From Amoebophrya sp. A120 (Eukaryota; Protista; Dinoflagellata), in assembly GCA_905178155.1 (NCBI GenBank), contig CAJINV010000008.1, positions 1,984,001-2,048,000 on the forward strand: DNA of 64,000 nucleotides, given 5' to 3'. Below the pieces are notes generated by a model. The model made no database searches. It was given only the letters and a program-made list of their open reading frames with translations, and was not told the origin of the DNA. Below, in pieces: positions 18,010 through 30,025 of this stretch (position 1 is the stretch's first letter; every line of letters begins with the position of its first letter). The position numbers were made by a program, and so were the translations under genes.

Positions 18010-18690
18010 AACTTTTTTGATATCGCCTAGATTCCCAATTTTTTGACTTTTTTAATTTTGTCGCTGCGGTTCACAATTCCAGGTGGTTTGTCTTTGTGGA
18101 ATGCCCAATGCACAATCAGCGCACCTATATAACCACACGCATCATTTTTCCAACCCAAAGAGCTGCCATTTTTCCAGGTTTTCATGGGGCCCGATTTTTT
18201 CAATTTTTTCGGAATGTGATAAAAATCTGGAAAATTCAATCATATTTAATATATTTACAATCTCGATGTGTATTATACTTGTAAATGTTCAGTCTTTATG
18301 TTTTTTTGGCAATTTAGTATATTATTTTTAAGCTTGCAAGATTTCCAATTTTTTTCAGATTTGTTTGACTGTAGGACGTGCGTATTTTTTTTGCTAGCTT
18401 TGTCTCATTTTCTTTTTATATTATGCAAAAAATGAAAAATTTCCAATAATGTGAAAAGTTTTTTCCTTCTATTTTGTTTTATTTTATTGATTTTTTCCAG
18501 ATTTTTATGGTCGAAATATTTTCAGTTTTGCCATTTTGCGTTTTTGGTTCCGAATAATGTGCAACAACATATAAAGTAACATCTTGTGGATATATATTGC
18601 TTCACTTTTGGCCATGTATGGTCTTAGATTGAACCTTTTGCATCATTCTATACTGCTCGTCAACATTATCAATTTTTCAGATTTTCTGTG
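18010..18690. other. AT/T-rich non-coding tract in the divergent strand-switch region
   Basis: Markedly AT-rich with many T runs compared with flanking genes; no credible ORF. Confidence 0.6.
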
Positions 18691-20094
18691 AGGACCAGTC
18701 CTCGTACAGGACTTCATCCTTTGGATGCCCAAGACTTAAGTAAGATGCAGAGTCAAGCTCTTCTGGCCGCTTTTACCAAGGAAAACGACTTGCAGCAATC
18801 GACTTTTTTCGTCTTTTCACATTTTTTCCAGGTCCTGCATCTCCGCACTTCCCTTCGATCCCCTGTAATCAGTCCGTGGCTGGCCGGGGGGGGCGTGGCT
18901 TGCGGCGGCCCTGCACTGCGACAACGCGCTCCGCCTGTGACTTAGGTGAGCTTCTCCCTAAACTTACCCCATCTATTTTGTCAGTTTTCTCGGACCTGCG
19001 CAACCGAACCCGATCGGAACCACTTGGGTTTCAACGTCGGGCCCGGCCCCAGTCGCGCGATGCCGGCAGTGCGCTACCCGCGGCCGGCTTCACGCCCCGA
19101 TTCGAGTGTCTGGATCTTTCAAAATCCGCACAGGGGTGATGCTCCGGATTTCATCCAAGTGGCTTTCGCGCGGGCCGCGATCGCCAGCCCCCGGGATCCG
19201 GTAGAAAGTACCGCAGGGGGGTGCTTTCATTGAGGCTATACGCGTTTGCCCCAAAAAGTGGAGCCGATTAGATCCATAGTGCGCCCATTTGGGCCACGTT
19301 TTAAAAAGCCCGCAAATTTGCCCTCAGCAGCTTATCAAATTACGGTGGCCAGGCCTTGTGGCCCGGCGAAAAATGCGACCGCTCGTGCCTTTCTTTCGTT
19401 TTTGCTTTGCGACCGCTTTTCGTGGACCAGAACCGATTGGCCCACACGGGCAAACCTGGTACCAACTCAGGAAGATTCGAAAACTGCACCAAGGTCGCTT
19501 TTTGGTCCCGCAGGGTTCCTGGCGGGTGCAATCTTGAGAAGAACATAGCAGTGCCGCCCTGTTTATGTTTTGTCGCTTTCTTTTCATTTTTAGGACGCGA
19601 TTAAGTATGTCCGCCCTCGTACGAGATACTCACCCAGACGGGGGCAAGTGTTTAACCACCACGAGAACTTTCGGAAGCTGCCGCTTCAGCAGTCGGAAGC
19701 TGCGCCAGCAACGTTACACTTTCGTTAAATCGCAGCAGCCGTCGTTGTCGTTGGCGTCGTCGGTCAAATTCTCTCTGTCGCACCGGGTTGGGCAACTTCG
19801 TTTATATTTTTGAGTCATCGGTAAAATCGGCGCTCGATATTCGTTGCGGAAAAGCGCTTGGCCGCGATTGCGCATCGCGTAGACCACTTCTATCACACTG
19901 CTCGTGGTTCGTTTCTGCAAGGCTGCTAACGCTGTCATCAACAATTTCGTGGGTGCGTTTGATATATGCTTTTACTTTTTTCAAGAGGCCGACGAGACTA
20001 AACGCGGCACAACAGAAATAAGTAGTCGAGTAAGTATTTGTTCAGGACGAGCAGCAGGCGGAGGTCTGTGAAAATCGCGAGGTCTGCGAAAAAA

Positions 20095-22053
20095 ATGCGG
20101 TCCTCTCCACGAAAAATGTATGCCCTTCTGTTTTTCAGTTTGGCGCCCGCCAGCGGCGGATTACGGGGAGCGGGGGACGACGGAGAAGTCTCCGTGGGCG
20201 ATCCCGAGAATCTCTACGGCCTTCCCTACACTCCCACTGCGCGGGAAGACACATCGCACCTGGAGCTGACCCTGTTGCGGCACTTCCCTAAGCGTCTCTC
20301 GCCCTTCGACTATGCAACCGTGGTTCGTCCCGACTTGCCCCTGGCGCAGCAGTGCGACCTGAGCGGCGTCGCAGCGACCACGTCGCTGACCGAACGAACC
20401 AAAACGTGCGCAGCCTACCTGGACGCCCAACTCCAGATAGGCGGGGCGTCGTCCGACCTAATCCCCAAGGCGCACACGGAGTTGGCGGGAGCGTGGGCAA
20501 AACATGCCTTTCACGACTTCACGAAAGAGAAGGACGGCGCCGCCGCGCCCGTGGACCGCATTCTGTTCACTTCAACCATTCCGCGCGCGGTGGAAACGGG
20601 AGACCTGCTTGCAGCGGAGGCAGGGGCGAAACAAGCCTCTGTCCGCAAATTTTCAAGCCGGCTGTTCGCCGAGGAACAAGACTTCCCGGATGCAAGCGGG
20701 GTCTGCGTTTCCGTGTACGCGGCCCCATTCGCGGCCCGCAAGGCCAAGTTGATCGACAACAAGCGGCGTGACGGCTTCGAGACGAAACTGCTGGACCGCA
20801 TCTGGGAAAACGCGAAGCTTGCGGCGACCCAGCTGCAACCCATTTTAACGGACGAACTGCAGCGAGTACTTATCGAGGATGATGCGGCATCGAAGCACGC
20901 AGGCGTGGGGGTGCAAGACGCGGCGGCGGGTTCAGGAACAACTTCAGGCACTTCTGCGGATGAGCTTTCATTTGTGCAGAAGGACCCTGCGCAGCGATCA
21001 TCTTCGTTTCTCGAGATCTTTCGAACGGCAGAAGCGCATGGGCGCGCAGGAGATGCGGCGGTCAAGGAGAGCGAGGCCGCACCCACCGCGGAAGAGGGCA
21101 CGGCAGATCCGCGGCCGGCACAGCAGGTCCTCGACTACGCGACGCGAATGTGCAAGATCGCCCAGTTTTTGCAGGTCCAAGAGATTCAATCCCCCACGGC
21201 CGGAAATGAGCTCCGCGCAATCCGCAAGAAAGCGGAAAGCGATGGCAACATTGTTGGCAGTCTCCTGGATACCGCCATGCAGGTGTGCGAGTCGCTATTC
21301 GACCTGGTTCGTCGGTACGACGTGCAGACCTTCCGCCGGTCCATGCTCGGCGCCGCCCTGTTTTTCACGGCGGAGTTTGTGGGCGGCGCGAAGCGGGAGG
21401 TGGTGCAAAAAGGATTGCTGGAGGCAAGCCTGGCATCGCCGTGTGCGAAGGACGAAGTCGGGAGCAGGACCCAAGACGACATTGCCGACATCGTTTCAGC
21501 TCCGAACAAAGAAGACGCAGAGGGGACAAAAACGGTCCGTCAGGTGGTCACGGTCATGCACGACGCAAATCTCGCGGGCCTGACGGGCTTCTTCGCGACT
21601 GGCCAGGGGTGGGTGGAAAGTTCGCCGTTCGCACAGGAAGCCAAGTACGCGAAGGATTACCGTGCGGAATTCCCGATGGTCGTGAAGTTGCGCGAAACCA
21701 GTCCCGAACTCGAGCCCTTCTGCCCCGCCTCGTACGGGGCCGCGCTTAAATTCGATGTCGCATCTGGGCCGTTCCCGCCCTTTCTCTGGGGTTACCGTGG
21801 CCCCACCACGCAGGAGTTGCGGGACGCCCAGCCGCCAGAGGTACTGCAAGCAGACGATGAATACTACTTTTTCCAATCAAGCGCCGAAATGGGGCAGGTG
21901 CTCGGCAACGTGGTGCCCTCGCTGTCGAACGGAAACGATTTCCACCGGCCAAAGACCAGCTTTATCGCACGAAAAATCTCCGTCATCGTAACTCTGTGGA
22001 TGAGGACGGACGCAACTCGTAGCCTCTTGTGCGTGTATGCGCCTCTTTCATAG
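20095..22053 (+). CDS. Secreted histidine-phosphatase-superfamily-like protein
   Basis: Signal-peptide-like start, LLRHFPKR (RH motif), FTSTIPRAVETG, and C-terminal VMHDANL (HD motif); long ORF; 3' end could hide an intron. Confidence 0.6.
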   Translation: MRSSPRKMYALLFFSLAPASGGLRGAGDDGEVSVGDPENLYGLPYTPTAREDTSHLELTLLRHFPKRLSPFDYATVVRPDLPLAQQCDLSGVAATTSLTERTKTCAAYLDAQLQIGGASSDLIPKAHTELAGAWAKHAFHDFTKEKDGAAAPVDRILFTSTIPRAVETGDLLAAEAGAKQASVRKFSSRLFAEEQDFPDASGVCVSVYAAPFAARKAKLIDNKRRDGFETKLLDRIWENAKLAATQLQPILTDELQRVLIEDDAASKHAGVGVQDAAAGSGTTSGTSADELSFVQKDPAQRSSSFLEIFRTAEAHGRAGDAAVKESEAAPTAEEGTADPRPAQQVLDYATRMCKIAQFLQVQEIQSPTAGNELRAIRKKAESDGNIVGSLLDTAMQVCESLFDLVRRYDVQTFRRSMLGAALFFTAEFVGGAKREVVQKGLLEASLASPCAKDEVGSRTQDDIADIVSAPNKEDAEGTKTVRQVVTVMHDANLAGLTGFFATGQGWVESSPFAQEAKYAKDYRAEFPMVVKLRETSPELEPFCPASYGAALKFDVASGPFPPFLWGYRGPTTQELRDAQPPEVLQADDEYYFFQSSAEMGQVLGNVVPSLSNGNDFHRPKTSFIARKISVIVTLWMRTDATRSLLCVYAPLS

Positions 22054-23042
22054 TAGCTGTGGCGCATAACTCTTGAAGGTTGTTTTGTGAAGTGCTAGTG
22101 CAAATTATGAGTGATGCGTGATTGTGGGTAGATTTGCAGGCGACGCGGGTTTTTTGAGCGATAGACGTTCCACGCAAACTGCATGCGCTCAAGGTGCGGC
22201 TACAGTATCTACTGACAGACTGGACCGCGGAATCCGAAGCCGAGAAAAAGTGGATAGCGGTCTGTCAGACGGCGTTCGACCAACTCTTTCCCGAGGGAAT
22301 TCACTGCCCGTTTTGCTGAATGAACACAACCGAGCCCCTCTCGAAAGGATGTAAATGCTTTAGTACTGGTCGTATAGTTGACTAAAAGATGAGGAAGATG
22401 TTATTGTCGACGAGAAGAAAAATACGAAAGAAATCATGTCTGCACATGTAAAGAACAACGTGTTTCAATACCTAAAATTAAAATTGACGCAAACTGTACT
22501 TTAATGCAAATAATAAGCTTGGACAAGGATAACGATAAGGAAGAACTTGATGTCACTCCTACTTTGTACTTTGTAGCAAGAGTTTCCATGATAAAGAGAA
22601 GATAGTCCGCATGTAGAAATCCGCTATGAGCATAAGTTTAGAGGATGCGCCACGCTCAACAAAAAGCTTCCGAAGGTATCTGTCTGTTTCAAATTTCAAA
22701 AACAGTCCCGCAAAAATTGTTTCGGCTGTATCGCCACGTAACAAGCAACGTGTTCGTAGGTAGGAGTCATAAGCATGATATTTATACCGCGAGCAGTCTC
22801 CGATAGGAAGTACACACAGCAATGATCACAGGACTACACTCTGCTAAAGGCCGTGCTAAAGTCGGGAGGCGCAAGCCCGCACTACGGTTGGTCTTGTCAT
22901 CAAGATCGACGACCGTTCATTTCTGAAGGCCGGCAGTGAAAAAAGAGAAAGATGAGCAGCAATATCAGAAAGCGATAACTCTCGCCTCCGTAACTTTATT
23001 CCGGCAATACACGAGCTAGACTCACATTCACACTGTCGAAGA

Positions 23043-23730
23043 ATGAAGGGCAACGGCCGCGGTCCGGCCGCGGTAACGCTGATTTACTACCACGTGCCCA
23101 CCGACCAGGACGAAGCGCAATTTCCGAACGCGTTCCCACTCCCGAAACCAAGCTCGGAGATAAGGCTTCGGGACGTGCGGGAAAAATTTCCACTGCCGGG
23201 CGTCTACCATTTCCGCTTCAAACTTAAGTGGAGCGACAATACCAGCGTCTGGATGGACGTCACCAATGAAGACAGCGTTGTACCCAAGTTCGACGAAAAA
23301 ATCATATGCAAGGTAAAGAGTGGTTGGCTCATATTTCTTCCTTTTAGTACCATGTCATCAGGTTCTTGAAAATAGTTCCACTCGCATGATTGTTTTTCGC
23401 GTAGAATGCGCTGCAACTTTTTCTTACAACAATCAGGTGCTCCGCGTGTCGTGGAGCGGCAGCGGTGTACCGGCAGCGGAAAATCCTAGATCACAAAGCA
23501 AGCAGCTCGGGGCGAACACCAAGCACCCGCCCCCAACCCAATTGCTCGACAGCCTCGAAAAGACGAAAACGCCTCCCGGGCAGAAGAAGCCGGCTGCAGC
23601 GACCCACGCAGACCTGCTTTTTGGCGAGAATTCCCCCAAAAATAGCAAGCAAGCGAGCACAACAGACTTGCTCTTCGACGGCTTCACCTCCGCGCCGCCA
23701 CCTCGAAAAGACGACTTTGACCTGTTTTAG
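23043..23730 (+). CDS. DIX-domain-like protein with DLL/DLF-motif tail, 2 exons
   Basis: IYYHVP..IRLRDVREKFPLPGVYHFRFK..VWMDVTNEDSVVPKFDEKIICKV resembles a DIX fold; GT-AG intron 23313-23436. Confidence 0.7.
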
Positions 23731-24176
23731 CATTTGCACCGAGCAATTTCTTCCCATAATGCTTTTGTTACCGGCGCAGAAAGTGATTGGTTTACAAGCA
23801 CTGACGACGCAAAGATCGCCGAAAGCATCTCGATTGCTGTTCTCAGACTCAAGGATCAGTGCGGAGAAACCGCGAGGAGAAAAGTTCAATGTGTTGTGAG
23901 CGGGAATACGACTCCACTGTCAAAATGAACGAATAAAAATGGTGCATGGTGGAATTCTGTCAAAGGAGGAGGTCTCCACTGTTTCCATCAGTTCCAGTGT
24001 TTTCTTCCATGTAGTTTTGATTCGTGAACATGGCGCTAAAAGGGTCGACAAGATTGTTGCGGGGGGCCGCACAGTGTGGGCGACCGCATTTGAAGCACGC
24101 CATGAAATCTGTACGTGATATCCTTCTTCTCGACTACTTATCATGATTTCTGAATGTCGTCCGGGTAGGGGCAGCG

Positions 24177-25298
24177 ATGAATTTGAGCCGGGTAGGAGGG
24201 CTTGTGGATGTGAACAAGATGGCACCACCTCCTCCGCGATCGTCTTTGTGCAGGGAAAAACGGACGAGAGCTTCCGTTTTGCCGTCGAGTTCTGGCTTTT
24301 TTCCCCATGTACACCGTTTCCTGTTTGCAGTGCTGCTTCAAGATCATCTCTCCGTCCACCCGGTTGCGGGCATGTTTTTCACGAGGGACTGCGGCAGCCA
24401 GTGCCGCGCGGTGCGGAAGCGGAGTGAGATTTTCAGCCTGAAGTGTATTGCCAAATACGACAGCGAAACGGACGACGCAACGAACAACTTTTGTGCCCAG
24501 ATGTGCAGCCCGTCGCAGGTGGTGCTGAAAGGGCAGCTGACCACAACGATCAACACCTGCGCGCCGAAACGGAAGCGGACTCTCTTGCAATTCCCGGCCG
24601 CGTATGCAATGCAAGTATAATGTTGTCTGGGTCTGGAACACTGCAACGTGTCATGCTGCGTCAGGACCGCTAAATTTTGCGTTTGCATGAGCGCCACAAG
24701 ATTGCCAACTTTTTGTTTATCGAAGTGCGAATCCCTAACCCGGAAGAGAGACTGAGAATGTCTCGCACATCAATCTGTGATGCTTCCCGAGGGCATTCCA
24801 GACCATCTGTGTGATCCAGAAGATGCATATAATCAGGTGGAATTCGGCGTTTTGCTTGCTCTTCGGAGGAAGTAGGCAATGGGGCCGCGTAAGTTGCTAT
24901 CTCCAGGAGAGAAGAACAAGATTGTCCACGAGATGCATGACAAAACGTGCACTATTCCGGACCCAGATACACTTGCTGCATTTGATATCGCGAGGATGAA
25001 ATTGTTCACCGCTAAATTCTTGCAGCAGCACTGCCCGCCGCTGCAACCCTGCAACTGCAGCAGGTGCGTGTGCCCGGAGACGGTGCATCAAACCGTGAAG
25101 CCGCCAGCGCCGGTTTTGCACGACAATGTGGAAGAGGAAGGAAAATTGCAAAAGCAATTGGCGGGCCACGACATGTCCCCCATGCCGACGGTGCCAAACT
25201 TTGACCAGGCACCGCAAGTGGACGGGCGCGAGCGGTCCTGTCCCGAGTTTGAACCCTGCAACTGCTCCTGCCAGTGCGGGCGACCCGTGGAAGCGTGA
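24177..25298 (+). CDS. Cys-rich putative secreted protein, paralogue 1 (introner-containing)
   Basis: Collinear with 26014-26628 (CRAVRKR, LKCIA, TCAPKRKR, QPCNC, CPEFEPCNC) after removal of the element at 24603-24987; start codon uncertain. Confidence 0.75.
24603..24987. mobile_element. Family-A-like introner (absent from adjacent paralogue)
   Basis: TAT..TCTGGGTCTGGAA / TTCCGGACCCAGA..ATA; TSD CCGCG/TCGCG; 390-nt excision gives LLQFPAARMKLF. Confidence 0.85.
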
Positions 25299-26013
25299 GG
25301 TTCTGATGTAGTTAATCTGATGTTAAATTATACGGGTAAAAAGTTACTGACGTGCATTTTTTTCCGCTTCGTTGAAAAAAAAAGAAGACGAAGAAGGAAA
25401 GAAAGTGAACAGCTAAAGTAAGGATGGGATATAATTCTTAAGATCTGTACAATAGGGCCTTGGAAAAATAACAATTACTTTATGGAATATGATTTTTTTT
25501 CCGTTTATTTCATTGATTGGTTACAGCTCGTTGTAAAAACGTCGCGAAGTTGTTGCCCGCAAAGGGCTGCGTAGCTGCAGAACGAGACGTGGTGGGTGCG
25601 CCAAAATCAACGCAACCGAATTTTTTCTGGGATTATAAAAAAACGCTGGCTATGAAGCAGCGACGGCGCAATTTCCCTGTAGTGAAGACAGCTAAGTGCA
25701 CCTGAAGCAAACGTGGTCAGGACATTGAAGGATTCGCGTGTGTTCATATCCCAGAACGATAGTCGTAACTTGACATCAAATTGATTGCGAAGGAGCAAAC
25801 GGGTCCTGTTTTAGCTTCCCGCACCGGCGAGAAAGGAGGTTTTGAGATTTTCGGTGAAGAAAAGTTTACGACTTTTGGCGCAGCGTCGGAAGTACACTTT
25901 CGTTTTTTTTTTGACAGTTCCAAAAAGTTGCGAATTGCTCGACCGGATAGAAAGCATTAAGCAACGTTCCTAGTTGTAGGTCCCGATCATGTAGTAGTTT
26001 GACAGGAATAAAG

Positions 26014-26628
26014 ATGTGGCACGCGTACGAGGGGCGGAAAGGTTTCTTTCCGACCCCTATATGTCATTGCCTACTCGTTTCGCTCTTGCTTGCAACGCGA
26101 CTGCTAGACGTTGCGTCCGTTGCTGCCCTCACCTCTAGCACGGATTGCGCCAGTTTCTGCCGTGCGGTGAGAAAGAGGGATCACGTCTTCACCTTGAAGT
26201 GCATCGCGAGGGACGATGCTGACACGACGGAGCATGCGACCGCGAGTTTCTGTGAGGAGATGTGCAGTGCCGCTGCCTCGTCGAAGGACACGCAAACAAC
26301 GAATTTGAGCACCTGTGCCCCCAAACGCAAGCGGAGCCTACTGCAACTGTCCGCGGGGAAGCAATCGCTTAAAGCGAAACTGCAAGGGTGCCCGAAGGCG
26401 CAGCCCTGCAACTGCAAGTGCGTGTGCCCGGAAACGGTGTATCAAACGGTCCCGCCGCCCGCGCTTTTTTTGCAGGAGGAAAAGGGAACAAACAGCGAGT
26501 TTTCGCCGATTCCGGTCGTGCCAAACTTTGACCCGCCGCCGCCACCGGATTGGCGCCAGCAGCCCTGTCCTGAGTTTGAGCCCTGCAACTGCTACTGCCA
26601 CTGCAGGCGGCCGGTGGAGGAAGCGTGA
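26014..26628 (+). CDS. Cys-rich putative secreted protein, paralogue 2 (intronless)
   Basis: Hydrophobic N-terminal segment, two PCNCxCxC motifs, strong similarity to 24177-25298. Confidence 0.8.
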   Translation: MWHAYEGRKGFFPTPICHCLLVSLLLATRLLDVASVAALTSSTDCASFCRAVRKRDHVFTLKCIARDDADTTEHATASFCEEMCSAAASSKDTQTTNLSTCAPKRKRSLLQLSAGKQSLKAKLQGCPKAQPCNCKCVCPETVYQTVPPPALFLQEEKGTNSEFSPIPVVPNFDPPPPPDWRQQPCPEFEPCNCYCHCRRPVEEA

Positions 26629-27585
26629 GGATTTGGCGCTATTAGCAGCCAGAATTCTGGCGTCTTCTCCTTTTGTTTTACAACAAGGAAAATGGAAATT
26701 CATAAAAAGAGAAATTGATAAACTGTTTCGACGTCTATTTATTTGTTTCGAAGTTTTTGGTGCAGGAAAGGAAGATACGGGACGATTTGATGTAGCAAAG
26801 TGATTCCTTGCCGAAACTTTTTTCCGCCGGAGCCATGTGTCGGGGCTATGTATGTAACGAGACGCAGCATGACTGTCCGCAAAGGGCCTTCACACCGCAC
26901 GAGACGTGTTGCGGGGCGGATATGTTGCCACCTGCCTCGTGCAGCGGAGCGGGTAGTCAGGCTGCTCTGGGCAGCAAAGCAGAAAACGCACCACAGTTGT
27001 AAGTACAGGAATCAACGCCCTGCAAGCCAACTCCGGAAGATCGATGCGTATTGGTTTTCTACGATCTAGTTAAGTGGTCTTCTACAAATATGTCTACGAT
27101 GTGATCATAACCAAAAAGCAGGATGATGGCTGCACGTCTTTTACGGGATCGTTGACGTTTCGGCGCTGCAGTTACGCGTTTTCCGATTTGGATCATGATG
27201 TTAAGAAGCTCAATCTTGTTTTGCGAGAAAGCTCCGTCCTCAGTACGTCCGAGTCGTCTTGATTTTTACCTTTTTCCGCGGCCTCTCATCACGCCTGTGT
27301 GAACAAGAGTCTTTGACTTATCTATCAAGTCTCTAGACTAGCTGCGGAAACAAGAAGTCTTGCGACACTAGTCGTGAACGTCCTTTGTACAACGGGTGTT
27401 TTGCTGTCACTGCTATGCCCTGTGCTCTAGTCGGCCGATCTGTTTAGCAACCATGGCACTGCGGTTGTGCGACACGAGCGACGAGGAAGTAGACAGAAAC
27501 GCGGCTACAGTTCTTTCAAATTTTTCCAACCCCGGTGTACGGACCGAAAAGCAATAAAGCACACAGCACTCTTTTCCTCCCGCCA

Positions 27586-30025
27586 ATGGATCCGGGTACA
27601 ACGAAACAGGAGAAGGCGGCCCGCCAGGCGGCCAGCAACCGGTCGGCCAAGAAAGACCCGCTGCGGCCCTACTACATCGCCAGCGGGGTGGTGGGCGGCA
27701 GCATCGTCCTCGCACTGCTAATGATGGTTGTCATGCCCGCAAAGAAACACGAGGATTTAGATGTGAACGACGAAAGCCTGATCTCCCACGTCAACAATAA
27801 CAACGTCGAGTGGCGGGCGCGCAGGAACCCCAGTTTTGACGGCTACACCATGAGAGACATAAAACGCTGGGGAGCTGTTGGGGTAAATTAGTGGAGGTTG
27901 TGTGGCTTTCGCTTTTAGTTTTATTTTCAATGGCTGTCGTGTGTGTGTGACGGATTGTACTGACTCGCGACGCCGGCCCTGCTCCGGCACATCGTCGATT
28001 GCTTTGTTTATTGTGCGGGCGAGACAATATATAAATATTAGTTCTGTTTCTCAAAAATGTAAAACAGGTATCGCAGGGCGGGATGATGAATAGCCAGCAG
28101 TGCAACGTGGGGCAGATTCCCAACATGCCCGAAAACTTTGATGTGCGACGGCGATGGCCCAGCTGCTACCGGAGTCGCGAAGCTGTGACGCACACGCACC
28201 AGCCCAGTGAGTCCAGTAATCAAGTCTATTTTCAGGGAAACTGCTCCTCGAGTTACGCGATTTCAACTGCGTCAACGTTGTCAAACCGGTTTTGCATCTC
28301 AGACCCGCAGATGTACGGAAACTTGACCCTCTCGCCCCAATACCTGCTTTCCTGCGACTCGCAGTTGACTCGAGGCTGTCTGGGCGGCGAAATAGACAAG
28401 GTGTACTACTACCTGGAAGGGCACGGTACATAAAGCATTTCATTTAGTTTTCATCACAAAAATATGGACGTCTCGATTTATTTTTTCATTTCGATATATT
28501 TATGTGCTGCTGTCCGTCGGCTTCGGTTGGCGCGGCCGGTTCGATGGTCAATTCATGATATGACGGGAGGGCAGGAAGTAGCCAACTATACAGCAGCAGC
28601 AGCCAGTTGCTGATATTCAACAAAATCGTGGCGAGGGGTGACTGACGTTGATATCAATGATTTCAAGAACCTCCTTCAGGTCTCGTGCACGAGAGTTGCC
28701 GCGCGTACCAGGCGAAGGACGGTAGGAAGTTGCCTTGCAACACCGAGATGACTTGCTCGGACCTATGCCGTGCAAATATGTCTGGGTCTGGAAACACGTG
28801 GCGCTGATTCGTGCAACATCAGCAACATAGATACTTTCAAGTGCGTCCAAGCATGACAAGTTTCTTCGATGTTCTCTCATGCGCAGCGTGCATTACACAC
28901 TGCGTTTCTGCATACACGATGCTCTTTTGGGTCGTGCAACACAGACTCTATGCAGTACAGCTTCAGCGTTTCCAGACCCAGTCACCTTTGCAGATGATAG
29001 GACCGGAGGCGGTACAAAAGTTCCAACACCTGCGTGATGCTGGACCGGGACCAGATGAAGGGGGAGATGCTTCTGAACGGCCCGATCGTCGGTCTCATGT
29101 ACCTGTACGACGACTTTTTCGTGTACAAATCCGGTGTGTACAGCCCATCTCTGTAAGGACTGAAAAGAGGAGCTACAGAGGGCGTCTCTGGTGCATCAGT
29201 GCGGCTTACCAGAAAGACACTGCGTGTGGTATGCATCATGCGTTGTGCAGTTCTTGTATACGTCGCCTGGAGGGCATGGGCATGAGCAATTTGTTTATCT
29301 ACACCGCTAGACTTTCTATGCGGGAGAATTTTTCAGATGCCGGCAATTATGAGTAAACGTCCACTGCCCAGGAGTTTGTCATGATATTCGTCCGAAAACA
29401 CAAAAGTAAAAGACGCCGCGACCAAAGCACAGCCACGGCTGTTTTCCATCGTTAAACACTGATGCGGCTCTCTGTAGTACCGCTTTTACTGCACACTTTG
29501 ACTGCGACTTGCATCATGGACAAGAAGGGGCAGGAGCCAATGCTGCATGCGGTGAAGATCATCGGGTGGGGCACGGAGTACGGGGACGACGAGCAGAACT
29601 ACGGGCGTAAGTCCTCCTCCACGGTGGCCAAAGCGGGCGTTCCGTACTGGCTCATAGAAAACAGCTTCGGCGCCAGCTGGGGCGTGAACGGGGTCGGGAA
29701 GGTGAAAATGCAAACCATCACTCCCGGGCCGGAGTACAACCCCATGCTCAAACGGGACGTCGTGCTGCTGGAAAAGTATTGGAGCATCACTTCATGGTGA
29801 TTGTCACGAAAACGAATCATAAACTTTTCGTGATCAGTGTGTCTCTCAGTGTTACGCTCCTTGTGCATCGATTCAGCGGAACCGAAAATCTTTCAAAAAC
29901 CATTGCACAAAGAAAAAAAAGTTTCGATTTAAAACAGCTTCGTCCTATCCGCTACCCCCTACACGGCACGCATGGAGGAGATACACGCGCAACCAGAATT
30001 CGCGAAGAAGGGCGACGAAAGGTAG
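27586..30025 (+). CDS. Papain-family (cathepsin B/TINAG-like) protein with catalytic Cys replaced by Ser; N-terminal TM anchor
   Basis: PENFDVRRRWPSC, QGNCSSSYAIS, LSPQYLLSCD..GCLGG, NGPI..YDDFFVYKSGVY, HAVKIIGWG, YWLIENSFGASWG; three GT-AG and two TIR introns. Confidence 0.85.
28764..28999. mobile_element. Introner family A in cathepsin-like gene
   Basis: TIR TGCAAA..CTGGGTCTGGAAAC; perfect TSD GGACC; excision gives TCSDRRRYKS. Confidence 0.9.
29154..29495. mobile_element. Aged introner in cathepsin-like gene
   Basis: Imperfect TIR (AAAAG.GG..CTACAGAG), TAA...ACA ends, TSD CTCTG/CTTTG, frame-restoring excision (YSPSLTATCIMD). Confidence 0.65.
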
